58,803 bases of DNA from a virus. Lineage: Duplodnaviria; Caudoviricetes. The translations under genes and the position numbers were made by a program. Location of the stretch: positions 1 through 58,803 of IMG/VR virus record IMGVR_UViG_3300003690_000017; one strand, written 5' to 3'. This document shows positions 17,401 to 26,091 of the stretch, one piece after another; within the stretch, counting starts at the first letter, position 1, and each line of letters begins with the position of its first letter. The notes beneath the pieces were generated by a model. It did no database searches. It was not told where the DNA came from and was given only the letters and a program-made list of their open reading frames with translations.

Positions 17401-19662
17401 GCCAAGCAGTTCCACTACCCGGGAATGGGGGCTGGGACGGCCATCATCCTCCTCCCTGACGGCACTGTCGTGGGCGCAGCGGAGCACGCTGCCGCCGCAC
17501 AGTGGATCCTCCAGCACGACCCCAGCTTGGGCTCGGTAAGAAACATTGGCACCTCCTTGCCGGGGCCTTGGGGGGCTACCTCGACAAGCAGCCCGGTGCA
17601 GTACGTCCAGCAGCGCGGCGGCATGCGTTTGCGCAAATGGGGCGACCAGTACGTCGTCGATGTCGCCCCCGAGCTAGGGATGACGACCCCGCAGGAAGCG
17701 GGGGATTTTGTGAGCGAGCAGCTTGCCAAAGCCATCGCTTTTTCAATCCAAAGCGCGGGGGGGATAGAAGCGGTGCTCGCGGAGAGTGGGGCGGCGGCAA
17801 CGATTAGCTGGGAGGTGAGCTACGGGCAGAACGCGTACGGCGTGGACGCGTATGAGTACCCGCAGGGTTATGACCTGAACATGGGGGAAGTGGCGCGCAC
17901 CGGCATCAACAAGCCGCAGTGGCACATACGGGTGACGCCCGAAATGATCGCCAAGCACCTGCCGGAAGTACGCGGCGGATTGGTGAGGGGGCGGGCAGAC
18001 CTGCGACCTGAGGGCGTAGCTTCCGGGCGGTCGGTCAACCTCGATATGCCACCCGGGTCCCTGTATGCGGCCATGCTGGAGCCCCGGCATGGCTTCCCGC
18101 CGATTCCGTGGCATCGGGCCGTCGCGAATCAACCGCCGGGCCATCGGCTCAGGGTGGAGCGCATGCGCGACGCCTTGGACGCCTTCATGGATGAGGTCAG
18201 GACCAGCCCCAACTTTGATCTCAAGGCGCTCAACTACTTGCGCGATCTTCGTAACGGCGTGCAAATGGGCGCGGTCGGCAGGGACCTGATGGGCTACCAG
18301 CAGATCGAAGATGGGGTTGTCAGGGCGCTGTTCGAGGGCACGACTGGCGGGAGCCGGACAGAGGGCAGGTTTGGTCAGCATGGCTATGGCTTAGATTTGC
18401 GAAATATGACCGAGAAGCTCCGGGTCGCCTACTGGGCGATGGAGAAGGTAAATTCGGTAGAGTCGTTCCAGTCCGCGTGGTCGCACATACAGCGGGAAGC
18501 GGGCATCAATTCCAAGCTCGCCAGACAGAACTTCAGCCCGATCGACGCCCTTGGGCGCGAGGCCGAGTTGCTGTTCTCAATCCTCGACCTGTTCGTGAAG
18601 GACGGCCTCAAGCTCGGAGAGATTATCAACCTCATGGGCGGCGGCTCCTACGAGGCCGAGTTCGCCCTGCCGATAGACCGCGCCATCCGGCAGCAGAGCA
18701 TCACGCTCGACCCCGACACGAAGCCCATGCAGCAGCTTCTCCTGCGGCAGCAGCCCGGCTACAACTACATGCGGCCCGGGCAGGAGAACTTGGACGCCAT
18801 TCCGAACACGGAACCCCTGACGCCTCGCGACGTAATGCCACAGGAGATTGAGTACCCGCCGCAGGGCGACTTCGACCAGTACCAGCTTGACACCCGGAAC
18901 CCGATGCCGCTGGACGAGCGGCGGTGGTCGGATGTGGATGCAGGTGAATCGCTCATGGACCCGCGAAGCGCACGCGTAACCGAGGATTACACCCGGTTGG
19001 TCCTGAAGTACCGCTTCCTGACAACGAAGGACAGCGGTCCGCGCCCGCGTATGTCGGCGCGGAGCTACAGTCAGAGCGGCTTGGTCGCCCGGCATCGGGC
19101 GGGCATGAGCAAGGCCGAGAGTGCGGCACGCGACGAGACGTTGCGGCAGGCAATGGACCACATCAAGCTGGCGCGCGAATATTGGGCGCAGGATGCCATA
19201 GACGCCGCGCTCTCAGCGCATGCGGACGCAGAGCGGCTCTTGCGCAAGCTGCCTGAATTTGTAGAAATTGAGCGCCTGCTCAGTGAAGCCGATGGCCTTG
19301 CTGAACTACTTTCCGAGGCGTCGATCGACCCGAACTTTGACGAGATCATAGGGATCGACGGGGCGGCAGACCTCCTCGAACGGGAGACGGACATCTTTGA
19401 TGAGTTCTTGCTGACAACCGAGCACGCAATCTTTGATCGCGGAGTCCAGTCGGACAATCCCGGCGTCCACGCGGCCCTGCCTGCCGACCTCGCGAAGCTG
19501 CGGCGGTTCCACGGCGTGCTGGAGCGGATGTACGATCGACTGATGGGGAGGCCGCCGGAGGAGTTCATGCCGGGAGGCGGTGGCGCAGGCGGTATCATGT
19601 TGCCACCCCAAGCCGCCGCCCTCAGCGCCGCCCCAGTCGGTGCGTCAGGGATGTGGTCGTAA
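14482..19662 (+). CDS. Internal virion / ejection protein 2 with an M23 peptidase domain
   Basis: 1726 aa; M23 motifs HNAVD, HLYAHL, STGSHLHYEV at about 15589-15925. Confidence 0.7.
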   Translation: MFDPLAALSQPMQRRPRRPPSGVVNPQVQMPEVAPPTLPPRQTLPSAQMQFQPPEVQMPPVGVPSQEEDPFATFLGLFTDREPKELVPIPLPPEKTGIDPQGDPNYRGLVPPVPEASAVSAPAVSVAPGGVAPEAALGQANGMVEAIDFTGDPEQIFSQMQAAVDFATANGIVVLGGIRYYYDANGERVAVPIIKFGQQGEWIQLDNAEDLSGLTPAGSLRADDDPGSTFILSGIGDFFDDLGDFRSVRPGSWLYNIKYNSGLGDLVGKIGDFFDMGGGFLNPFDERPPEVPIPVGAPGIGTPPGYSAAPTDGSMVPPVPKPLNPTDQGGQVFYPVVGSDWAGSQPMGEDAGSGYRYGDAPHGEASDYRHNAVDIQGAEGSGIASTVSGEVITIDFDPVSYGLHIRIRDAQGRVHLYAHLQSISPELQVGARVQGGQSIAAMGGVRVDQGGTYQLHSSITLGSDERLGPGRSTGSHLHYEVQDGQGNPIDPGTFLPGASPSSGASTAVSASNLDSPPQAQMAAKSQGSQGNLTNFLGADFAYTGPALTQPGQRRDLPQAQNIPSFFQNDQGFFGGQGGGKGQGPWIDPQGDPNYRPRPQQETGAQLLRFPPEARPPAQPGQDGFGSWLNEQRQRPGMESLLGPEAFPFRTQDRINNFQPTPWDTAARYITAAKRGLGYVVGGDMVGDLYTGYLEHVRRDPERAQAERDRGANPPPQGWIGEHIDAPIGEFARNAYEAITETPLSVFPYRGMAGRTSDTPAGPTLSDIGERMEWRDPEGNVAIGPLDIAFAALGAKPVLRAGAYQAGRAVGWADQVAARAAQAAGARRAAQARAAAPDAIPATRGAARLPEPYIEGEVTVLGEQRLLPRPAFAEPLRPPPPRTRQIPGRQAAAELQRPPPSGQAITPEPPPSAIPPTIPSAFPLMPVPPRGQIGLGKAMLGPAHYAAAGSTDGVPVLHAGPGESFGVVRDGILNAKQFHYPGMGAGTAIILLPDGTVVGAAEHAAAAQWILQHDPSLGSVRNIGTSLPGPWGATSTSSPVQYVQQRGGMRLRKWGDQYVVDVAPELGMTTPQEAGDFVSEQLAKAIAFSIQSAGGIEAVLAESGAAATISWEVSYGQNAYGVDAYEYPQGYDLNMGEVARTGINKPQWHIRVTPEMIAKHLPEVRGGLVRGRADLRPEGVASGRSVNLDMPPGSLYAAMLEPRHGFPPIPWHRAVANQPPGHRLRVERMRDALDAFMDEVRTSPNFDLKALNYLRDLRNGVQMGAVGRDLMGYQQIEDGVVRALFEGTTGGSRTEGRFGQHGYGLDLRNMTEKLRVAYWAMEKVNSVESFQSAWSHIQREAGINSKLARQNFSPIDALGREAELLFSILDLFVKDGLKLGEIINLMGGGSYEAEFALPIDRAIRQQSITLDPDTKPMQQLLLRQQPGYNYMRPGQENLDAIPNTEPLTPRDVMPQEIEYPPQGDFDQYQLDTRNPMPLDERRWSDVDAGESLMDPRSARVTEDYTRLVLKYRFLTTKDSGPRPRMSARSYSQSGLVARHRAGMSKAESAARDETLRQAMDHIKLAREYWAQDAIDAALSAHADAERLLRKLPEFVEIERLLSEADGLAELLSEASIDPNFDEIIGIDGAADLLERETDIFDEFLLTTEHAIFDRGVQSDNPGVHAALPADLAKLRRFHGVLERMYDRLMGRPPEEFMPGGGGAGGIMLPPQAAALSAAPVGASGMWS

Positions 19663-22600
19663 ATGGCGCTGAACTTCGGGCCTATACAGCGACGGCAACG
19701 CCCACAGCGCCCGCCGCCGATGGTACAGATACCCACGCCTGCGCTACCCCCGGTTCCGCAGCGCAGCGCCTCCGTGCCCCCGGTTCCGCAGCCGCCCCAG
19801 CTTCCCCCGGTCACGATTCCGCAGATGCCCGCGCGCCGGGGCGAAGCGGACGACCTCGGCCTACTACTCGCGATGATGGGGGAGGAGCGGCAGTCGCGAG
19901 ATCAATTGGCGGCGGGCTATGAGCAGTCGGTGCGCGAAGAAGAGTTCTCTCCTCTTGCTGACAAGTGGACGAAGCGGCTAGGCCACACAGCCACTCACGA
20001 ACAGGCCCAGATTCTCGAACTGCTTGGACTTCCTGACGACGCATCGCAGGACGTTCTGGACGATGCCGTTCGCGCCGTCAACCTCATGAAGGATCGCGGC
20101 CAGTTGTCCTCAGAAGTGTTCTTCTGGATGAAAGAGCAGCACCCGGAGATTGAACTCAGCGCGGAACTGGGCCTGCCGATCGAGCCGGATGCGCCACCGC
20201 CCTCAGTCAGCGAGCAGGCGGCGCAGATACGCGAAGAAGGCGGCGATCGCTTCTTTGGTCCGACCTTTCAGGCGGAGGCGTTTGCGGAACGGGCCAAGGG
20301 GACGGACAGCCTCGGATCGCTGATAGCTCAGACGGGCTTGGCCGGGCTCCGCAAGGGGTTCGCGGAAGGAGTAGCCAAGTTCGATGAAGCGAGCAGAGGG
20401 AGTAGTTACGACGAAAGAGTCCAAGAGCAGATTATGGAGGAGATGCAGAAGCTGACTGGGCGCAAAGACGGCGAAGGGCCTTTCGACGAGTTCGGGAGGC
20501 TTGCCGGGTACGGCCCCTCAGAGGAAGGTGAGGCGTCAGTCGGAACGCGCATATACGCCGATCTTCAGGAGGCTTCGGGGCGGCCATGGACAATTGATCC
20601 GCGTGAATATGGCGGGGATTTCGGGCTCGCTCGCGGGTATCTCGCAAACAGCGCGATTAAGTGGGCCGACTTCTTCGAGGGGTTCGGGTCAGGAATGGGG
20701 CAGGACCGACCGGAGTTGTTCCAAGAGCAGATTGCAGAGTCCTCTGCCGTGCTGACACCACCTCCACCTCCGCTGTCTGGCTCTGCGCTGGACGATGAGC
20801 GGCATGCCGAAACCCGGGCGCTGATCGAAATGAGCACGCCTGAAGGGAACGACCCCTCGACTCTCTCGGAAGTCGGCTTAGGCCAGAACGTCGGCGGCAT
20901 TGTCGGCACGGTCTTCGACAACATAATGCGCCCCTTCCACGCGTCGATGGCCCGCGAGCGCAACATCGAACTGGCGGCCCTCGGCCTAGAACCGCTGAAT
21001 CCCAACGGGGCGGCATGGGATGGCTTCACGCTCGAACGTCGCGACACCTACATGGACATCCTGCTCGATCATGGCGTTCAGGACCCGGTGATCCTCTTCA
21101 TGGCCTCGCTGCCCGTCGAGATCGCCATGGACCCCGTAACGGCGCTTGGCGCGACAGGTCTTGCGAGGGCGGTATCCAAGGGCGTCTCGCACAGCATCTT
21201 CGGGGCCACCAGCGCGGCGATTCGGCACGCCCCCCCGCGGATTGCTGGGGCTATGGACACGGCCCTTGCGATCGTGCGCGTGGCGAAGAACCCGACCGGC
21301 GCGAATCTGTCGTTCTACAGGCTCGGTCAGGAGCACCTGCTCAGAACATGGATAGAGCGCTACGGCAGGCGGATGGGGCAAATCACCGGCCAGATAGACA
21401 TGCAGGACGCGAGACGGATCGTCAAGGAACTCAACGAAAGCATGACCCCCGAGCAGTTGGCCGCCATGACCGCTGAACTCGATGTCGGCACGGAGGTCTG
21501 GCTCGCGGCGAATCCAGATTTGGCCGACCCGATCATGGCGAAGTGGACGAATCGCAAGCAGGTGGCCGTGAGGGCCGGTGCCGAGCGTCGCGCAGGGCTC
21601 AACGTCGAGGACCGTATGCCCGATCCCACGATGCCGCTGGGACCGGGGGCAGAGGTGCCGCTGGGGCCGCCTAAGGCGACGGTTGGGCCGCAATACTCCC
21701 CGGCCGAGCGGGCGCTGCAAGAGAATCCCGCGTGGACCCCTGAGGCGACGGCGAAGTTCCGCGAGCGAACTGCCGGTGTACGGGATCAGGCTCCATTCGG
21801 GCCGCCCGCCCCGAAGGCGGAGCCGGTGGTGACACGCGCGCCGCGACCTCCCGCAACCGCCAGCCTTGTCCGCACCGCCACCGGAACGACCGGCACCGAG
21901 ATATTCCGGGGCGATGTTCCGACCGGCATCAACCGATTCAACCGGCGCATGGCGCGCACGCAGGCCGTCAACCGCGAATTGCTGACCTCGGAGTCCATGG
22001 CCGGGCAGACCGTTCCGCTCGGCACGGGCCAGACTTTGAGGCAGGCTGCGCCGACCCCTGCGCGACGAGCGCCCCCCGCCAATGTTCTCTCTCCAGACGA
22101 AGCTGCGGCTGCGGGGGCAGCGAGGAACAGGGGCTTCAGGGCGGCCCCTGAGCGCAGGCCGGTGGGGCCTGACGGCTTGGAGTGGGACGGATCGGGACTC
22201 GCGCCGCCGAGGGCCGCCACTGCCGCAAGGGTGGCGGGGGAGGTAGCGGAGGAAGTGATTGATCCCGCGACTGCGCGGCTGGGGCAAATCACCGGAAAGG
22301 CTGGGCAGCCGGTCGTTCCCTTCCAGATAGACATGCAAGAATGGATAGGGCGCTACGGCAGGCGGGTTGCCACTCCACCGAGGGTTGCCACTCCACCGAA
22401 GCCAAGCGGCCCGTCTCTCCCGCCCACGCGGGCGCTGGAGCATGTCCGCGAAGCCGTACAGGCGTCAGGCACCGAGCCGCTCCGGCACGCGATTGGCGGT
22501 CGCTCTGAGGCCAACATCGTGGACTACGTGGCGCACTACCGGATCGGGAAGCTGCCTGAATCGGAAATGCGGGGCATCGGCGGCTTCTTCCGGCGGCTAT

Positions 22601-25600
22601 TCGGACTGGACGAGAAATTCATTTCCCCCGAAGACCTCCGTGGCACCGGCATTCGTGACATCACCGGGCGACCCTCTCACATGCAGCAGCGGAAGATCCA
22701 AGAGCCGATTGCTGGTACGGCCCAACTAACTCCTGCTGACATCGCCATCGAGGTGGACCTTGCCCAGCGGCGCAAAGCCTACAACCTGCTGTGGGCGGTC
22801 ACCGATGTAATCCAGCAGAACGGATTCGCCGTCCACATTGACGACATCAATACCATGAGGCGGATACTCGGCCGCGAGGTGGCAGGCTTGACCGACGAGC
22901 AGGCCGCCAAGCGACTGCTGGTGGAGAGCGGCACCCTGACGGCAAAGCAGGCTGAGGGCGTCACAATGGTCCTCCTAGACGACGTAGGGGCCAACAAGGG
23001 CAAGACCCTCGTCAGGAATCTGGCGAATCATCGCCCGGGAACGCTTTGGGGGCAGACCCGCGAAGTCTTGTCGAGGAAGGCCCCCAAGGACGCCAAGTTC
23101 GCGACAGCCGCTCCCGGCACGGCCACGATGGTCGCCTTGCCAACCCCGTACGCAAAGTTCATGACGCAGTTGCTCGACGCCAGCGACTTTGGGGGGTTCG
23201 TCAGGCTCTACGACGCGCACCTGAACTTCTGGAAGCGGGCCAGCACTGTTTGGGCTCCGCTGTTCCACACACGCAACGGCGCGTCCAACCTCTACCTGAA
23301 CTGGCTCGGCGGCGTCGCCAACCCGAAGTGGTACTACGAGGCCATGCAGATACAGAAGGGCGCGCGCGACGGGCGGATGTGGGGAGTGGAAGGCGTCGAA
23401 CGCATCAGCACCGCCGACCTCATAAGGAGGATGGAGATTCAGCAGGTCACCCGCACCGGCATCGTCGGCGAGATGCAGTACCACATGGGCACCAAGAACG
23501 CGACGGTCGCCGAGAGGCGGATCAAGGAATGGGTGAAGGTGGGCGGGAATTCCGCGCTGTTCGGCACGGAGGCATATCGCGCGGGGATCAGCGGGCTGCG
23601 CGGCTGGGATCGCGTCAAGTACATATACGACTCCCTCCCCGGTGCGCCGACCGGCTCTCGCTCATGGGGAAAAATGGGCATGACGCTCGGTGGAGCGATC
23701 GAGGACAACGCGAAGATTGCTCACGTCCTCGCGAAGCTGTCCGGGGGCATGACGGTCAATCAAGCCTTCGATTCGTCCAAGATGTGGCTCTACAACTACG
23801 CCGCGCTGACACCGATAGAGCGGAAGGTCTTTCGCCGGGTCATCCCCTTCTACGCGTGGCAGCGGCACAATGTTCCGCGCATGCTTGACGCCATGTTCAC
23901 CCAGCCGCACAAGGTTCAGATGACGCAGTTCTTCATACGTGACGCCGCTGGCGCGATCAGTTCGGCGGCGGGCATGGATCAGCGCGAACTCGCTGCTGCG
24001 ATGGCCCTGATGCCTGAGTTCTTCCAGCGCATCGGCGGCTGGGTGTTCGGCAGGGACGAAGCCGGGAACGTCAAGATTCTGCGAGGACAGTTCGGCCTTC
24101 CGACTGAGGACATCGGAATGGCGGCCCCGTTTGTGGACCCCGCAGAATGGCTGGACAACTTCCTGAGCCAACTGGCACCCTACGCGAGCGTGCTGTCCGC
24201 GGGGATCATGGAGCACTCCCTGTTCACAGGAGAGTCCACAAGCGAGCAGTCCAGCGGCAACTTCTTCACCCGCACCGACGCGAATACCTTCAAGATGTAT
24301 AAGGCGTCTGACGGGGCGCTGCGATACGCCGAACCCTTCCTCGGCCCACTCGGCGGCGCGGTGAAGGACTTCCGCGAGGAGTTCCTCGGTGTCCGCGAGC
24401 AGCAATACGTGGACGCGCGAGGCAACACCCGCACCAGCTACCTCGTGAGGAATCCTTGGTTCTACGCATTCGCGACCTCGCTCGTGCAGATGACGGGCGC
24501 AGGCCGGGTCGGTTCTTCAGTACGGCAGTTATCCGACCCCCGCAAGAGCGTGGCCGACCGGATTATAGGCCAGTTCCTCCCGCTGAAGATCACCAGCGTC
24601 GATGTGACCCGCAAGGCTCTGAATTACTACGCGGGTGACGCGACCGTGTGGGACCACCAACTCGGCCATCTTTCCAACCAACTGGAAATCCAGAAACTCG
24701 GCGGGCCGAACAGCATGTCCATCGAAAAGTTCCTCGACACTGTTTACGGCCCGGCTGTCCGCAACGCCTACGCCTTCAGCCAAGCGCAGGGTCGCGGGCT
24801 TACACAAGACCCCGATTTCGCCCAACGCGAGGCGTTCCGGCGCATGGTTCTGCCGCCCGTCCAGCTTGCCCTTGAGGCTTACCGCGACGGCAATCCCGAC
24901 TGGTTGCGCCACAAGGACTGGGCACCGGGAGGCCCGCCGCTGCACGAGAACGGCCTGAAGAACTGGGATGGCTTCTTCGAGTGGCGCGACGAGTTCCTTG
25001 AGGACCCCTACGCGTGGATGAGCGAGCGCAGGCACGCGGACGGGACGCCGTATGTCAGCTTCACTGGCCCCGACGCCCGGCAGCAGATCGAGGGCTTCAA
25101 CGAGCAGGTGGCGTTCCAGATTAAGGGTGGCGAAGGCAGCCTCGCGCGAAGGGCGGACAAACTCGGGTACGATGAGGTCGCGCGATTCGAGCGCTGGCGG
25201 CAGTACGCGTACAAGAGTTACGAGACATATCTGGACATCGACCGTTGGAGCAGGCCGGAACTCAACGCGATGGCCGACGAGGCTCGCGAGTACGAGGTAA
25301 CCTACCAAGAGTTGAACCGCACCTCGATGATTCAGGCGAAGATGTACCGCGAGCGCGGCATCCTCTTCGAGCGCGCACCCGGGGGCGCGTGGGTTGAGAC
25401 GGGCGCAGTGAATCCGCGAATACCGGCGATCCTCCAAGGTGCTGGCAGTTGGGACCGGAAATATGCGAATCCGCAGAGGCGCATCTATCGAGCGCGACAC
25501 CCTGAACTGACGATCTTCGGCCTCGGCGCTCGCGTGTCCGGCTTCTTCGATCCGTCGATCATTTACACGACGGACCCGCCCGAGGAACAGGGCGTGGTGC

Positions 25601-25662
25601 CGGAACTGCCACCGGCAGACTACAGCCGCTCGTCCATGGAGGGTGTCTTTGCCGGGGGCTAG
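19663..25662 (+). CDS. Large internal virion / ejection protein 3
   Basis: 1999 aa; FHTRN and YNYAALTPIERKVFRRVIPFYAW segments typical of large podophage DNA-transfer proteins. Confidence 0.7.
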   Translation: MALNFGPIQRRQRPQRPPPMVQIPTPALPPVPQRSASVPPVPQPPQLPPVTIPQMPARRGEADDLGLLLAMMGEERQSRDQLAAGYEQSVREEEFSPLADKWTKRLGHTATHEQAQILELLGLPDDASQDVLDDAVRAVNLMKDRGQLSSEVFFWMKEQHPEIELSAELGLPIEPDAPPPSVSEQAAQIREEGGDRFFGPTFQAEAFAERAKGTDSLGSLIAQTGLAGLRKGFAEGVAKFDEASRGSSYDERVQEQIMEEMQKLTGRKDGEGPFDEFGRLAGYGPSEEGEASVGTRIYADLQEASGRPWTIDPREYGGDFGLARGYLANSAIKWADFFEGFGSGMGQDRPELFQEQIAESSAVLTPPPPPLSGSALDDERHAETRALIEMSTPEGNDPSTLSEVGLGQNVGGIVGTVFDNIMRPFHASMARERNIELAALGLEPLNPNGAAWDGFTLERRDTYMDILLDHGVQDPVILFMASLPVEIAMDPVTALGATGLARAVSKGVSHSIFGATSAAIRHAPPRIAGAMDTALAIVRVAKNPTGANLSFYRLGQEHLLRTWIERYGRRMGQITGQIDMQDARRIVKELNESMTPEQLAAMTAELDVGTEVWLAANPDLADPIMAKWTNRKQVAVRAGAERRAGLNVEDRMPDPTMPLGPGAEVPLGPPKATVGPQYSPAERALQENPAWTPEATAKFRERTAGVRDQAPFGPPAPKAEPVVTRAPRPPATASLVRTATGTTGTEIFRGDVPTGINRFNRRMARTQAVNRELLTSESMAGQTVPLGTGQTLRQAAPTPARRAPPANVLSPDEAAAAGAARNRGFRAAPERRPVGPDGLEWDGSGLAPPRAATAARVAGEVAEEVIDPATARLGQITGKAGQPVVPFQIDMQEWIGRYGRRVATPPRVATPPKPSGPSLPPTRALEHVREAVQASGTEPLRHAIGGRSEANIVDYVAHYRIGKLPESEMRGIGGFFRRLFGLDEKFISPEDLRGTGIRDITGRPSHMQQRKIQEPIAGTAQLTPADIAIEVDLAQRRKAYNLLWAVTDVIQQNGFAVHIDDINTMRRILGREVAGLTDEQAAKRLLVESGTLTAKQAEGVTMVLLDDVGANKGKTLVRNLANHRPGTLWGQTREVLSRKAPKDAKFATAAPGTATMVALPTPYAKFMTQLLDASDFGGFVRLYDAHLNFWKRASTVWAPLFHTRNGASNLYLNWLGGVANPKWYYEAMQIQKGARDGRMWGVEGVERISTADLIRRMEIQQVTRTGIVGEMQYHMGTKNATVAERRIKEWVKVGGNSALFGTEAYRAGISGLRGWDRVKYIYDSLPGAPTGSRSWGKMGMTLGGAIEDNAKIAHVLAKLSGGMTVNQAFDSSKMWLYNYAALTPIERKVFRRVIPFYAWQRHNVPRMLDAMFTQPHKVQMTQFFIRDAAGAISSAAGMDQRELAAAMALMPEFFQRIGGWVFGRDEAGNVKILRGQFGLPTEDIGMAAPFVDPAEWLDNFLSQLAPYASVLSAGIMEHSLFTGESTSEQSSGNFFTRTDANTFKMYKASDGALRYAEPFLGPLGGAVKDFREEFLGVREQQYVDARGNTRTSYLVRNPWFYAFATSLVQMTGAGRVGSSVRQLSDPRKSVADRIIGQFLPLKITSVDVTRKALNYYAGDATVWDHQLGHLSNQLEIQKLGGPNSMSIEKFLDTVYGPAVRNAYAFSQAQGRGLTQDPDFAQREAFRRMVLPPVQLALEAYRDGNPDWLRHKDWAPGGPPLHENGLKNWDGFFEWRDEFLEDPYAWMSERRHADGTPYVSFTGPDARQQIEGFNEQVAFQIKGGEGSLARRADKLGYDEVARFERWRQYAYKSYETYLDIDRWSRPELNAMADEAREYEVTYQELNRTSMIQAKMYRERGILFERAPGGAWVETGAVNPRIPAILQGAGSWDRKYANPQRRIYRARHPELTIFGLGARVSGFFDPSIIYTTDPPEEQGVVPELPPADYSRSSMEGVFAGG
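22364..22399 (+). repeat. 18-nt tandem duplication (RVATPP x2)
   Basis: GGGTTGCCACTCCACCGA twice. Confidence 0.9.
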
Positions 25663-25669
25663 GCAGGCC

Positions 25670-25837
25670 GTGGCGCGCCTACCCGAAACGCACGTCATGC
25701 GCTGCCTGAATGAGGAGCCGGGGCGACAGCGAGTCTTGTTCACCGTCAACAACGGTAGGCTCGAAGTGACCTGCAAAACGTGTAAGCACCGATGGAAATT
25801 CTCCCTCGAAGACCTTCAGCAAATGGGTGTCCGCTAA
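25670..25837 (+). CDS. Small Zn-ribbon protein, Mu Com-like
   Basis: MRC...VLF...RLEVTCKTCKH resembles the Com-family zinc ribbon, though the first CxxC is incomplete. Confidence 0.45.
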   Translation: MARLPETHVMRCLNEEPGRQRVLFTVNNGRLEVTCKTCKHRWKFSLEDLQQMGVR

Positions 25838-25847
25838 GTGGTAGCGG

Positions 25848-25877
25848 TTGACAACGCGTGCGTACGCCGGTTAATTT
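25848..25877 (+). promoter_or_regulatory. sigma70-type promoter for the scaffold/capsid operon
   Basis: TTGACA-18 nt-TAATTT in intergenic DNA. Confidence 0.5.
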
Positions 25878-25895
25878 CTTGCTGACAACGATCCA

Positions 25896-26078
25896 CTGGT
25901 TCAGGACTGTTTGGCCGATCACCAGCAGTAGTAGGCCGGGGAGTTGTCACAGCCGCCATGCTGAGTTTTGACCAGCCGGAGTAATTACCGGGTGTACTTG
26001 ATTCTCGTGGCGGCTGTATTTTTTAAGGGCATGGCCGCTACCCGGACGCGCCGGTAGCCGTCTGAAGCCGAATTCGGC
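25896..26078 (+). promoter_or_regulatory. Structured 5' leader / attenuator-like region
   Basis: Stem ACAGCCGCCA (25949-25958)/TGGCGGCTGT (26008-26017) followed by ATTTTTT; further hairpins GCTAC..GTAGC and GCCGAATTCGGC. Confidence 0.5.
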
Positions 26079-26091
26079 GCAGAGGGCTATC

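Noticed and set aside
10858-25662. Diversity-generating retroelement explaining the dispersed repeats
   Set aside because: No reverse transcriptase ORF, and the repeats are short and essentially exact with no adenine-specific mismatch pattern
20986-25776. Long antisense ORFs (20986-22443, 24529-25776 and similar elsewhere)
   Set aside because: Expected shadows of GC-rich sense genes; no recognisable motifs or RBS
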